Origin: an uncultured bacterium
GTDB taxonomy: Bacteria; CSSED10-310
Length of the DNA: 64,000 nt
Reading direction: 5' to 3'
Assembly (NCBI GenBank): GCA_964404285.1
Contig: CAYOJK010000010.1
Location: 10,303 to 74,302, forward strand
The notes beneath the pieces are model-generated. The model saw only the letters and a list, made by a program, of their open reading frames with translations. It ran no database searches and was not told the DNA's origin. Each line of letters opens with the position of its first letter. Positions within the stretch are counted from its first letter, which is position 1. Below, in pieces: positions 17,548-27,119 of the stretch. A program made the position numbers and the translations under genes.

Positions 17548-19809
17548 TTACTCCACGTCAGGAGCATAACGTGGCGGCTTCGGCTCAAAGAATGTATTGA
17601 ATATTTTCAACAATCGCAGGATTTGCTTCGTGATCATCAAATAATTTCCAAGGATCGCGAAAAACAAAATATTCAACTGTGTTTTTGATTGTCCCGACCA
17701 AATACGCTCAACCTCAAATTCATTTAAAGTCTTAGCCAGTTTTTGCAGTTCCGAATACTTGTGAATCAACTTGTCCGGGCTGACTTTGCGCTTGCTGCTG
17801 AACGCTGTAATGACACTTTCAAATATCTGATCGACCTGGTTTTTGACTTTATTCAAATCCTCAATTTGAACAGGAGTAAAACCTTCATGTTGGTTGCTGA
17901 CATGCTTATGGGCCCGTGCAACGATATCACGGTGACCATCACTCAGTTTTTGTAGGCAGCGGACAGTTTGGCTGTATTCATAACTATATAGAGCATTTTC
18001 TTTCTGCAGAAGACGAAGAGCCTCAAAGACGTTGGCAGAAATAACATTGACCCATGATTGGATTTTTCTGACGTTTCGCCTTTCTTCGTTCAAGGCGATT
18101 TCCTGTTGCCTGAATAGCGCCGCCAAGGCGCTATTCAAGGAAAGTCGAACTTCCTGATGCAAATAACTCATCTGATGAAAAATCGTTGGAACGACGGCTT
18201 CGGCGCTGTTGATCGTTCCTAAGTTAAAAATCTGATTTTCTTCGAAAGAAGACTCTTTTTTTACGTGATGTCGATGGTTTTTCCATAGTATCAGCCCGGC
18301 AAGCAACAGTAATTGCGCAAGGCCGAAAAATTTGAAATTGAATAGGGTAGATGCAAATGCAAACGCAAATGAAGAGGCTAAGAGGGCGGTCAGGAACCAG
18401 CCGCCGATAACGGTCAAAACACCAGTGACACGATAAACGGCGCTTGCCCGGCCCCAGGCGCGATCGGCAAAGGATGATCCCATAGCGACCATAAACATGA
18501 CATAGGTGGTGGACAGCGGGAGCTTGTTGGATGTCGCATAAGATATAATGACACTTGATACCATCAGGTTGACCGAGGCGCGAACCAGATCGAAAGAATG
18601 TTGTCTTGTAAGGGTTCCGTCCCCAACAACCGTCGTATCTAGCCGTCGATCGACTTTCTGAAGCAATGAATCCGGCAGAATAAATTTGATCGTGTCAATA
18701 AAGCTGATGGACATCCTGACGATCGTACGAGCTAAAAGCGTCGATTCGGCATGCTCAAACCGTTCCGATTGACTGCTCAACCCTAACTCCGTCCGTGAAA
18801 GAGCCCGGGCTTTACTGGAAAACCACAGTGTCGCTACCATAATCGCGCCTGCGCCTATCAGAAGATACCATTCTGTTTGGAATGGGGCGCCAAGCTGTTC
18901 CATAGTGGCTGTCATTGGATTGGGTAAAGATTTGGCAATTTTCAATGAGTGAAAACCTGCTAATGGAACACCGATGAAATTGACCAAGTCATTAGCAGCA
19001 AATGACATAGCGATAGCAAACGTGCCAACCAAAATAACAGGTTTGAAAACATTGACTTTAAAGAAAATAAGACACTGAAGAATAAACCCGGAAGCAAGAG
19101 CCATGAAGAAAAGAATCGTCATGGTATTGGACTCAATCCAAGCAAGCCTTTCCGGAGTCACGAAAACAGATCCTCGAGTTCCCCTTATCAAGATAAAATA
19201 AGAGATAAAACTCAATGCGATTCCACCCCAAATCGCTCCATACCGTTTCATCCGGATGCGATAATCAAACGTGAAAATCATTCGAGTTATAAACTGAATA
19301 ATAGAGCCGGCAATAAATGCGATCAGGATCGACAACAAAATGCCCAGAATCATCGTGATGGCTTTGTTGGTATTGATGTATTGACCCAATAGAGCAAAAT
19401 CGCCGTTTTGCTTTTTGATTTTCCAGATCGATACGGCCACGGTTGAGCCGAGCAGTTCAAAAACGATCGAAACGGTTGTAGAGGTAGGAAGGCCGAATGT
19501 ATTGAACAAATCTAACAAGATAATATCCGAAATCATTACCGCTACAAACAATACAAGCAGCTCCGGCATTGTAAAAAATTCTGGATGAAAAACACCCTTT
19601 CGAGCGATTTCCATCATTCCGCTACTAAATGTGACGCCAGCAAATATGCCCAGGCTGGCAACCGTCATGACGACATAACGGGGGGCAGCTCGGGAACCAA
19701 TAGCGGCATTCATGAAATTGGCAGCGTCATTACCGATGCCGACAATCAGGTCTATAGACGCGAAAATCATTAAAAACGCAACTGTTGGATAAAAAAGCTC
19801 CAAACTCAT
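17548..19809 (-). CDS. PiT-family inorganic phosphate transporter, long form with a C-terminal PhoU-like helical domain
   Basis: 753 aa. PiT signatures GIGNDAANF and FAANDLVN, PTSTT and PLSTTY, about 12 TM helices, then a soluble helical C-terminal ~230 aa. Confidence 0.85.
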   Translation of the reverse strand: MSLELFYPTVAFLMIFASIDLIVGIGNDAANFMNAAIGSRAAPRYVVMTVASLGIFAGVTFSSGMMEIARKGVFHPEFFTMPELLVLFVAVMISDIILLDLFNTFGLPTSTTVSIVFELLGSTVAVSIWKIKKQNGDFALLGQYINTNKAITMILGILLSILIAFIAGSIIQFITRMIFTFDYRIRMKRYGAIWGGIALSFISYFILIRGTRGSVFVTPERLAWIESNTMTILFFMALASGFILQCLIFFKVNVFKPVILVGTFAIAMSFAANDLVNFIGVPLAGFHSLKIAKSLPNPMTATMEQLGAPFQTEWYLLIGAGAIMVATLWFSSKARALSRTELGLSSQSERFEHAESTLLARTIVRMSISFIDTIKFILPDSLLQKVDRRLDTTVVGDGTLTRQHSFDLVRASVNLMVSSVIISYATSNKLPLSTTYVMFMVAMGSSFADRAWGRASAVYRVTGVLTVIGGWFLTALLASSFAFAFASTLFNFKFFGLAQLLLLAGLILWKNHRHHVKKESSFEENQIFNLGTINSAEAVVPTIFHQMSYLHQEVRLSLNSALAALFRQQEIALNEERRNVRKIQSWVNVISANVFEALRLLQKENALYSYEYSQTVRCLQKLSDGHRDIVARAHKHVSNQHEGFTPVQIEDLNKVKNQVDQIFESVITAFSSKRKVSPDKLIHKYSELQKLAKTLNEFEVERIWSGQSKTQLNILFFAILGNYLMITKQILRLLKIFNTFFEPKPPRYAPDVE

Positions 19810-19946
19810 TGAGTTCCCTCAGACAAAGGAAAAAAACCTTTTTCTGAATATCATAAAAATGAAAAATGTAAAAGAGAACTGGGAAAAATATCGATGGAAA
19901 TAAAAAAAATGGCCACCAACAACCACAAGACAACGTGTTTTCGATT

Positions 19947-22900
19947 TTAGGCTATTCTTTGTCCTTTCAATCTCGCCCCAACAAGCTTCGATACTCCAGG
20001 CTCTTCCATTGTGACCCCGTACAGCGTATCAGCGACTTCCATCGTCATCGGGTTATGAGTGATCAGCACAATTTGGGTTGTTTCCGCCAAGGATTGTAAA
20101 AAATTCGTGAAGCGAGCTATGTTATGCTCATCCAACGGAGCGTCCACTTCATCCAGAAAAAGCAACGGTGACGGCCGATATTTGAAGCCGGCCAGCAGCA
20201 GAGCCAGCGCAGAAAGCGCTTTTTCGCCCCCTGACAGCAAGTCGATAGACCTGGCGCGTTTTCCCGGCGGTTTACAAACAATATCGACACCGGATTCCAA
20301 CGGGTCATTCGGATCCGTCATCTCCAACATGGCCTCCCCACCCCCAAACAAACCTTGAAAAATAATTCCAAAATGTTCTGTTACAACATCGAATGCTTCG
20401 ATAAAGCGTGTTTTGCTGGTTCGATTGATTTGTAGAATAGTCGTTCTCAACGATTGAACAGCATGTTCCAAATCCTGTAACTGTTCATCCAGAAATCGGC
20501 TTCGTTCAACCATTTCGCGGTGTTCCTGTTCCGCGCCTAGATTGACATCAGAAAACAGTGAAACACTTTGCTGGAGAACCTCGATCCGCTGTTTCCAATC
20601 CTCTATTTCCGTATCATCGGGAAGGCGCCCCAAGTTTTCAGCTTCTTCCACGGGATTCCAAGCCAGACCTTCAAACAGGGATTCCTGAGCAGATTCCAAT
20701 GACGCTCGTTTTACACGAATATCGGCAAGCTCACGTTCCAACGCACGGTCCGCCTGCTCCAACTCAGCCAACTGCGCTGCGGTGTCCTGCCTGGCTTGAT
20801 TGCTCTGCTCCAATTGCGATTTCAACGTTTCCAATCGGGTTTTACGAACCGGCGCATCAGCAACTAATGCTTCCAATTCCGTCAACAATTCCTTGCGCCG
20901 AGCCTCCTCAACAATAACCTGCTCATGCTTCGCTTTGGCCTGACGCCGGTGCTGGTCAGCTATCTTTTCCAGTCGACCGATTTCATTCTGCAAACGTGCC
21001 TGCTCCCGCTGCACAAATTCAGCTCTGTCAGCAGTCGATCGAGCCGCTATCCGCTTTTCCGTCACCTCATCGCGAAGAGCCACACTCGCCTTGTCCGCCT
21101 GTTCCAATATCGACTCAAGTTTGTTGAGATTCTCCGATATATCCGTTTGCGCCCCCAATTTTTCCAAAGTCTGCCGCCACGTTTCAAGCCTCTGCTCAAT
21201 GCCGCTCATTTCTTCGATTAAATTCTTTTTTTCCTTTGTTACAGCAGCCTGACGACGGGAAATCTCATCCAATGCGTTTCTTCTATGCGATAACTCACCA
21301 TTGGCAATAGCCAGTTGTTGAGTTGTATAGGCAGATTTTTGCTGAATATCCGTCCAGACCGCGACGACTTTCTGAAGTTGGCCGTCGCAATTTTGATAAA
21401 TCTCTATCGCCGTTTGCTCATTATGTAACCTATCGGCCACCTTGTTTTTCAGATCGATAATTTCTTTTCGCCTGCGTCGATATATCGGTCTATTGTCGAT
21501 CGATCTGCCAAAAGTGCGCACCCTTCCCGGTCCCCATAGCAAGCCATCAGGCGTTACAATTATTGTCTCGGGATTATCTGCCGCCGCTCCGGCAGCGGTT
21601 TCAGCATCCGGCGCCCAAAAGACTCCCGCCAATAAATCGTCAAATATCGGCTTAAACTCATCCGCTGTTGAAACACAATCAACCAGAGCTTTCAGCCCCA
21701 ACGGCGCCTGCACAATTTTGCCTGGAAAAACATTGGCTTCCGACACGTGTCTTACCGTAACACGTCCGGGTGGCATTTCAGCCAAAAAACGACAGATTTC
21801 ATCAAATTCGGCTGCACCGGAAACGATGATATCCTGTAAACGCGAATACAATGCAGCAGTGACGGCTTCTTCGTATTCATCAGGAGTGTCGTAGATGTCT
21901 GCTAGTGTGCCAACGATGGAAGCAATTTCTGGTTTGGCATTAGACGAGCGTGGAAACCGCTTTAAAACATGTTTTACACCGGCGTCCAATCCTTCGCCGA
22001 CAGCATCGATTTCCTGTAACGACTCAAGGCGCGATTGCAGAGAAAGGCGCTCTTTTTCAATGCTTCGCACGCGATCACCGGCTTCTTTTAGAGCCTGTGT
22101 CGCCTTGTCTTTATCAACTGCGACAACCTGACAGTGTTCGTGCAAAGCGCTCATTTCCGTTTCAAGCCGCGCTATCTTCTCCTTCAGGTCAGCTAATCCT
22201 CTAGACGCGTCCTGCTGATTTCCGATCAGATGTTCATTTTCCTGGACCAACTCCGTTTGACGTTGCATAAGATAGTGTAATCTCTCAGTTCCTCCCTGTA
22301 TTTTATTGCGCAAATCGGAGCTTTCAGTGATTTGTTTCAGACGTCTTGCCCGCGCATTCACCAGTTGTTCACGAAGTTGACGAATCTGAGCATCTTTGTC
22401 CCGGCGTTTTGTCTCGAGCGTGTCCACTTCATCCGCAACGACCTGGGCTCGATCCGCCAGCACATTTAGTTCTTGGTCAAGATTGGTGGCTTGTTTCTTT
22501 AAATCAACGTACTGGCGATCCAGCAAGAGCGCCTCGGCCTGCTCTGTCTCGATTTCCAATTTGAGTTCTTGTTGTCGATCATCAAAATCTTTGATCCTGT
22601 TTTCAAGATAATCGATTCGATTCTCGATTTGATCAAAGGATTCTGCAGTCTTGCGCAACGTATTCTGCGCCGTGTCGACACCTTTATGGCATTCCTGAAG
22701 CGCCGCCGACTGCAGAGCGATCTGCGCCGCGGTGCGGGCTGAGACATTTTCCAGATGCTCGGTTTGAGTTGACAAATCGTTTAATTCTCGTTGAATTTTG
22801 GCATAACGGGCGCCGGAAAGCACTTTTTGAAGATCTTCGAGTTCCGTTTTAAGTGTTCGATATTTTATGGCTTTCCGAGCTTGGCGTGCGAGCGAAGCTC

Positions 22901-23594
22901 GTCTTGAATGAACCTCGGAAATAATATCCCTGACTCGAGAAAGATTGTTTTCTGTTGAGGCCAACTGAGATAAAGCCTCTTTTTTCCGAACTTTGAACTT
23001 TTCAATGCCGGCAATCTGTTCGATAAACCCCCGCCGTTCTTCCGGCCGTGCCGTTACCAAAGCATCCACTCGCCCTTGCTCAATAAGGGAATAAGCTCCT
23101 CTGCCAACACCGGTATCCAGAAAAAGATCAGTAATATCTTTTAAGCGACAAGGAACACGATTGATCAGATATTCACTCTCACCACTACGATACAGCCGCC
23201 GCGTGACGGCAATTTCTTCATACGTTAAGGGAAGAAGCCCAGCCGGCGTATCGATGGTCAATGTCACTTCAGCCATTCCGACCGGTTTTCGTTTTGCAGA
23301 ACCATTAAAAATGACATCCGACATGGAACGTGCCCGCATTTGACTAGGCCCTTGCTCACCTAAAACCCAGCGTAACGCATCCAATATATTCGATTTGCCG
23401 CAACCATTCGGCCCGACAATAGCACAAATCGCGTCTTCAAAAGACAATTGCGTACTGTCAGAAAACGATTTAAAGCCCTGTAATGACAGCTTTTTAAATC
23501 GAATTGTCCGGACAGGCGCTAGCTCCCTATCATTTGCCGAGGCTTCGGCGCTGATTGGTTGGTTCAAAGAATTATTTCCCTCACAAGCTTGCAA
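19947..23594 (-). CDS. smc: Chromosome segregation ATPase SMC
   Basis: Walker A GPNGCGKSN, long coiled coils with a hinge (GTLAD...AALYSRLQDIIV), signature LSGGE, Walker B LFLDEVDAPLD. The true start is probably somewhat downstream of 23594. Confidence 0.96.
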   Translation of the reverse strand: MQACEGNNSLNQPISAEASANDRELAPVRTIRFKKLSLQGFKSFSDSTQLSFEDAICAIVGPNGCGKSNILDALRWVLGEQGPSQMRARSMSDVIFNGSAKRKPVGMAEVTLTIDTPAGLLPLTYEEIAVTRRLYRSGESEYLINRVPCRLKDITDLFLDTGVGRGAYSLIEQGRVDALVTARPEERRGFIEQIAGIEKFKVRKKEALSQLASTENNLSRVRDIISEVHSRRASLARQARKAIKYRTLKTELEDLQKVLSGARYAKIQRELNDLSTQTEHLENVSARTAAQIALQSAALQECHKGVDTAQNTLRKTAESFDQIENRIDYLENRIKDFDDRQQELKLEIETEQAEALLLDRQYVDLKKQATNLDQELNVLADRAQVVADEVDTLETKRRDKDAQIRQLREQLVNARARRLKQITESSDLRNKIQGGTERLHYLMQRQTELVQENEHLIGNQQDASRGLADLKEKIARLETEMSALHEHCQVVAVDKDKATQALKEAGDRVRSIEKERLSLQSRLESLQEIDAVGEGLDAGVKHVLKRFPRSSNAKPEIASIVGTLADIYDTPDEYEEAVTAALYSRLQDIIVSGAAEFDEICRFLAEMPPGRVTVRHVSEANVFPGKIVQAPLGLKALVDCVSTADEFKPIFDDLLAGVFWAPDAETAAGAAADNPETIIVTPDGLLWGPGRVRTFGRSIDNRPIYRRRRKEIIDLKNKVADRLHNEQTAIEIYQNCDGQLQKVVAVWTDIQQKSAYTTQQLAIANGELSHRRNALDEISRRQAAVTKEKKNLIEEMSGIEQRLETWRQTLEKLGAQTDISENLNKLESILEQADKASVALRDEVTEKRIAARSTADRAEFVQREQARLQNEIGRLEKIADQHRRQAKAKHEQVIVEEARRKELLTELEALVADAPVRKTRLETLKSQLEQSNQARQDTAAQLAELEQADRALERELADIRVKRASLESAQESLFEGLAWNPVEEAENLGRLPDDTEIEDWKQRIEVLQQSVSLFSDVNLGAEQEHREMVERSRFLDEQLQDLEHAVQSLRTTILQINRTSKTRFIEAFDVVTEHFGIIFQGLFGGGEAMLEMTDPNDPLESGVDIVCKPPGKRARSIDLLSGGEKALSALALLLAGFKYRPSPLLFLDEVDAPLDEHNIARFTNFLQSLAETTQIVLITHNPMTMEVADTLYGVTMEEPGVSKLVGARLKGQRIA

Positions 23595-23600
23595 AAAACC

Positions 23601-23629
23601 TTGACGCTAACTATATATATACTTATATA
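23601..23629 (+). promoter_or_regulatory. Possible sigma70-type promoter in the smc/cpoB divergent region
   Basis: TTGACG (23601-23606), N17, TATATA (23624-23629) in an AT-rich intergenic region. Confidence 0.35.
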
Positions 23630-24017
23630 GTGCCTAAAACTCAATATGATGTGGTTGTTGAGCCGATTATTTCCTTCATTGAATAATTCGTATATCTCTG
23701 TAATGCGCACCTCATGCCTTAGAAAACTCGAAACAGTATCCTGTTCTTCTTCATCGTTCTTTTCTGCAGTAATATTTTTTTATGAATCGAGCGGTTTTTA
23801 TGTCAATATCGATATATTTTGAAGCATGGTTATTTCTCTTGATTGCGCAGATTTTCGCGAGATTGTGGGTTGTTTGTTATTTTTTTTTTTGAGATTGCCG
23901 TATATGTTTAAGATAAAAAGCCTTAGCTTCTTTAAAACAAACATTGCCGCTTATCTTTTTGCCTTTTGAAATCAGCATAATATTTGACTCTTATTCGTGT
24001 AATCGTTAAGTTAAGGA

Positions 24018-24749
24018 GTGATGGAAAGAAAAATAACCTCACAGTTACGGATCGTTTCAATGGTAGTAGCGACAGTGTTATGTGCGGGGTGTGTATCGAC
24101 TGATTTAGTGCAAACGATGATGAAAGATATTGATCGTTTAAAGGCTCAGAATGCATCGTTGCGCCAGGACGTGAGTGCATTGAGCCTTGAAGTCGAGGCT
24201 TTAAAAGAACGTTCTGAGGACGAAGTTGAGGTCGAAGATACTGGTTCAACAGAAGAGAGTGTCACAGAAGATCCGGTGGACTTGGATAGTGTTGTTGAAG
24301 AAGTTGAGGTGATGGAGGAAGAAAAGGCGTCTCCCGGAAGGCTGAATGCGGAAGAAGTTTATGCAACAGCTCAAGGATTATATGCTCAAAGCCGCTATCG
24401 AGAGGCTTATCAGGCGTTCAATCAAGCATCATTTTTGGATCAGGACGAAGAGTTTTTGGGACGTTGTCATTATTGGATGGGTGAGTGCATGTTCGCTCAA
24501 GGAGCATATCAACGTGCCTTGGATCATTTTGGTATGGTTTTTGGAAAACACAGCCAATCGTCGAAGGCATCGGACGCTTTGCTGAAAATTGGGTTTACAT
24601 ATTATGAGATGAACAATTATAATGGAGCAAGGCAGGCGCTGAACGAGTTTTTGAGCCGTTATCCGGATCATCGCGCAGCGTCTCTTGCAAAGGAACGGTT
24701 GAATCGGATGTCATATAAGGAGTCCGATAAGGCCGGAAGAGATCATTAA
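24018..24749 (+). CDS. cpoB: CpoB/YbgF-like TPR lipoprotein
   Basis: Lipobox-like VLCAGC, coiled coil, acidic linker, C-terminal TPRs (YWMGEC...KASDALLKIG...YPD). Confidence 0.75.
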   Translation: MMERKITSQLRIVSMVVATVLCAGCVSTDLVQTMMKDIDRLKAQNASLRQDVSALSLEVEALKERSEDEVEVEDTGSTEESVTEDPVDLDSVVEEVEVMEEEKASPGRLNAEEVYATAQGLYAQSRYREAYQAFNQASFLDQDEEFLGRCHYWMGECMFAQGAYQRALDHFGMVFGKHSQSSKASDALLKIGFTYYEMNNYNGARQALNEFLSRYPDHRAASLAKERLNRMSYKESDKAGRDH

Positions 24750-25891
24750 TGGGAAGAGGAGAATCGATTATGAGATCCTTTATAAAGATGTTGGTTATTC
24801 TGCTTGTGGTTGTCGGTGTGGTTGGAATTCACGCCGAAGAAAAGACATGGACGTATGGCGGTGTTGAGTACCGGGTTCCAATATCGGCAGAACAGTTGCC
24901 GTCGGATATTCCCGATGCTCATACAGTGGTCAGTGGTGATACGTTATGGGGCATATCAAGAGCTTATTTGACCGACCCATACTTGTGGCCTCTGGTTTGG
25001 GAAGAAAATCTCGATACGATTAAAAATCCTCACCGGATTTATCCCGGTGATATTGTCAGATTACCCGGTGGCATGTTGATAGCCACAGATGCTGTTCCAC
25101 CCAGGCCTGCCAGAATCGACGGTATGGGAGAAGATCTGTTTGACGAGGGTGATGAAAGCAGTGATGAATTAAAGAAATTCGGAGAGAAAAGAAGATATTC
25201 GGTTATTACGGAAGCTGACTTGATCGCCTCCGGACGAATTTCTGAAAAGAAACTTTCCGGGCCAGAAATCATTGCCGCAGAAACCACAGCTTTCGATCTT
25301 TCATCATACGATGTTATATTTGTTAAAGGCAGCTCCGGTGTAAATCTTCGAGCAGGGGAACACTACTTCATCATGCGGGATATGCATAAGGTCAAACACC
25401 CCATTTCCGGTCGCAACATGGGTAGAATGTATCATGTTGTCGGTGAGGCTGAAATACTGTGTACTGGGGAAGAAGTTACCAGTGCAATGATTACCAAAAG
25501 CTACCGTGCAATAGAACGTGGTGATTTCCTTGTTCCATGGGAAAATATCCCCATGCCGATGACAACGGGATCACCCCCATTCGACCGCTGCAATCCCTCC
25601 ACCAAAACATTGCCGGGACACATCATCGATGCTTACATCGGAATTCCTGATTTTAACGATGCTGTCATTATTGCAAGAGGTGATGTCGCTTATATTGATC
25701 TGGGTGGTCAAGACGGCGTTGCCCCTGGTGACTATTTCACGATATTCACCCGAGATACCGTTGATCATCAGTTGCCCAAATACGTTTCCGGAGAGCTTAT
25801 GGTTGTCAAGGTTATGGAAGAGACTTCTGTTGTTGTTATAACACAAAGCAACACCGCTGTTTTCTTAGGGGATACTATCGAGCTGAAATAA
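24749..25891 (+). CDS. Secreted LysM-domain protein, TsaP-like
   Basis: Signal peptide, LysM HTVVSGDTLWGIS...PYLWP.VWEEN...KNPHRIYPGD, C-terminal beta domains (YIDLGGQDGVAPGDYF). Directly upstream of dprA. Likely start 24770. Confidence 0.75.
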   Translation: MGRGESIMRSFIKMLVILLVVVGVVGIHAEEKTWTYGGVEYRVPISAEQLPSDIPDAHTVVSGDTLWGISRAYLTDPYLWPLVWEENLDTIKNPHRIYPGDIVRLPGGMLIATDAVPPRPARIDGMGEDLFDEGDESSDELKKFGEKRRYSVITEADLIASGRISEKKLSGPEIIAAETTAFDLSSYDVIFVKGSSGVNLRAGEHYFIMRDMHKVKHPISGRNMGRMYHVVGEAEILCTGEEVTSAMITKSYRAIERGDFLVPWENIPMPMTTGSPPFDRCNPSTKTLPGHIIDAYIGIPDFNDAVIIARGDVAYIDLGGQDGVAPGDYFTIFTRDTVDHQLPKYVSGELMVVKVMEETSVVVITQSNTAVFLGDTIELK

Positions 25892-25911
25892 CGTTTTACT
25901 TAGTGGTATTG

Positions 25912-25951
25912 ACGGGGAGGAGATCATTCTGGTTTCATCCCCGTTTTTTTT
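25912..25951 (+). terminator. Putative intrinsic terminator between the LysM gene and dprA
   Basis: ACGGGGA...TCCCCGT stem followed by a T8 run. Confidence 0.5.
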
Positions 25952-27119
25952 GTCTTGTTTTTCGTGTATAAGCAAAGGGATGAAACACGAAGCTTTCAGA
26001 GATTGGTTGGCATTATCGTTGTGGGAAAACATCGGTCCTGGGGGTCTGGCACAAATTCGTCTGTCATTGCCGGAACCTTGGCGGGTTTTAAATGAAACAG
26101 AATTACTCGATGTTATATTCACAGGGAAAAGGCATCCAGGACTCCCTCCAGGAACGGCCTTAAAAAAGCAGGCTGACACCCTGATAGAATTATCTGAAAA
26201 GGGCTATTTTGGGATTTTATCGATACTGGATCCGGAATATCCCACCATGCTGGCCAATACGCATTCGCCTCCGGCAGCGCTGTTTTATAAAGGAGACCAC
26301 ACGCTGTTCAAGCGCCATGCGCTGGGTATTGTAGGGACTCGTAAGCCCAGTCGGTATGGAAGAGATGTCACTCGGTTATTCGCAGGAACGCTTGCTGAAA
26401 AAGGGATTGTCATAACCAGTGGCCTGGCGGTTGGAATCGATGCTATCGCACATTCTGCAGCAATCGAAGTCAAAGGTAAAACTGTCGCAGTTTTAGGCTG
26501 TGGTCTCGATATTGATTATCCTAAATCCAACCGAGATCTCAGAGCCAAAATTGAAACCGATGGCTGTGTGATAACGGAGTTTCCCTGGGGTAAACCGCCT
26601 AATCCAGGCCAATTTCCCCGCAGAAACAGAATTATAAGTGGCCTGTCCAGGGGAGTGCTGATCATCGAATCAACAGAACGAAGCGGTGCACTGATAACTG
26701 TTCGGCATGCTATTGACCAAAACAGAGATGTTTTTGCTGTTCCTGGACAAATTTTTTCACCGGGTAGTCAAGGGCCGATTCGTGTACTGCAGAATGGTGG
26801 ATATCCGGTGATTCATCCCGATGATATACTTGAACATTATGCCTTGCAGACAAAAATTCCGTTCCCGCAAAAAGTGATTGCAGATGATGATTTAGAAATT
26901 GATCCTGAGCTCCGACCTATATGGGACCTGCTTGATGCCACACCAATTTCCGGAGATGATTTGGTTGGAGCTCTTCGTTGGAAAACATCTGATATTCAGG
27001 CTGCACTATTGAAAATGGAATTGCTCGGACTGGTCAAACAACTTCCTGGACAGCGATTTGTTCGCGCTGTTATCAGGGAAAAACGAAAAGAATCAGATAG
27101 ATCGGAAGAAAAAGAATGA
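25950..27119 (+). CDS. dprA: DNA processing protein DprA (Smf)
   Basis: GIVGTRKPS, ITSGLAVGIDA.AH, FPRRNRIISGLS, ESTERSGALIT, C-terminal winged helix. Likely ATG start 25980. Confidence 0.95.
   Translation: MSCFSCISKGMKHEAFRDWLALSLWENIGPGGLAQIRLSLPEPWRVLNETELLDVIFTGKRHPGLPPGTALKKQADTLIELSEKGYFGILSILDPEYPTMLANTHSPPAALFYKGDHTLFKRHALGIVGTRKPSRYGRDVTRLFAGTLAEKGIVITSGLAVGIDAIAHSAAIEVKGKTVAVLGCGLDIDYPKSNRDLRAKIETDGCVITEFPWGKPPNPGQFPRRNRIISGLSRGVLIIESTERSGALITVRHAIDQNRDVFAVPGQIFSPGSQGPIRVLQNGGYPVIHPDDILEHYALQTKIPFPQKVIADDDLEIDPELRPIWDLLDATPISGDDLVGALRWKTSDIQAALLKMELLGLVKQLPGQRFVRAVIREKRKESDRSEEKE

Noticed and set aside
17395-17550. Selenocysteine or other readthrough of the SGNH TGA stop
   Set aside because: Translation past the TGA gives no SGNH block III/V motifs, and family similarity is already lost about 13 codons before the stop.
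23595-24017. AT-rich smc/cpoB intergenic region as a replication origin or dif site
   Set aside because: No TTATCCACA DnaA-box cluster or XerC/XerD dif consensus was recognised. It is consistent with a divergent promoter region.
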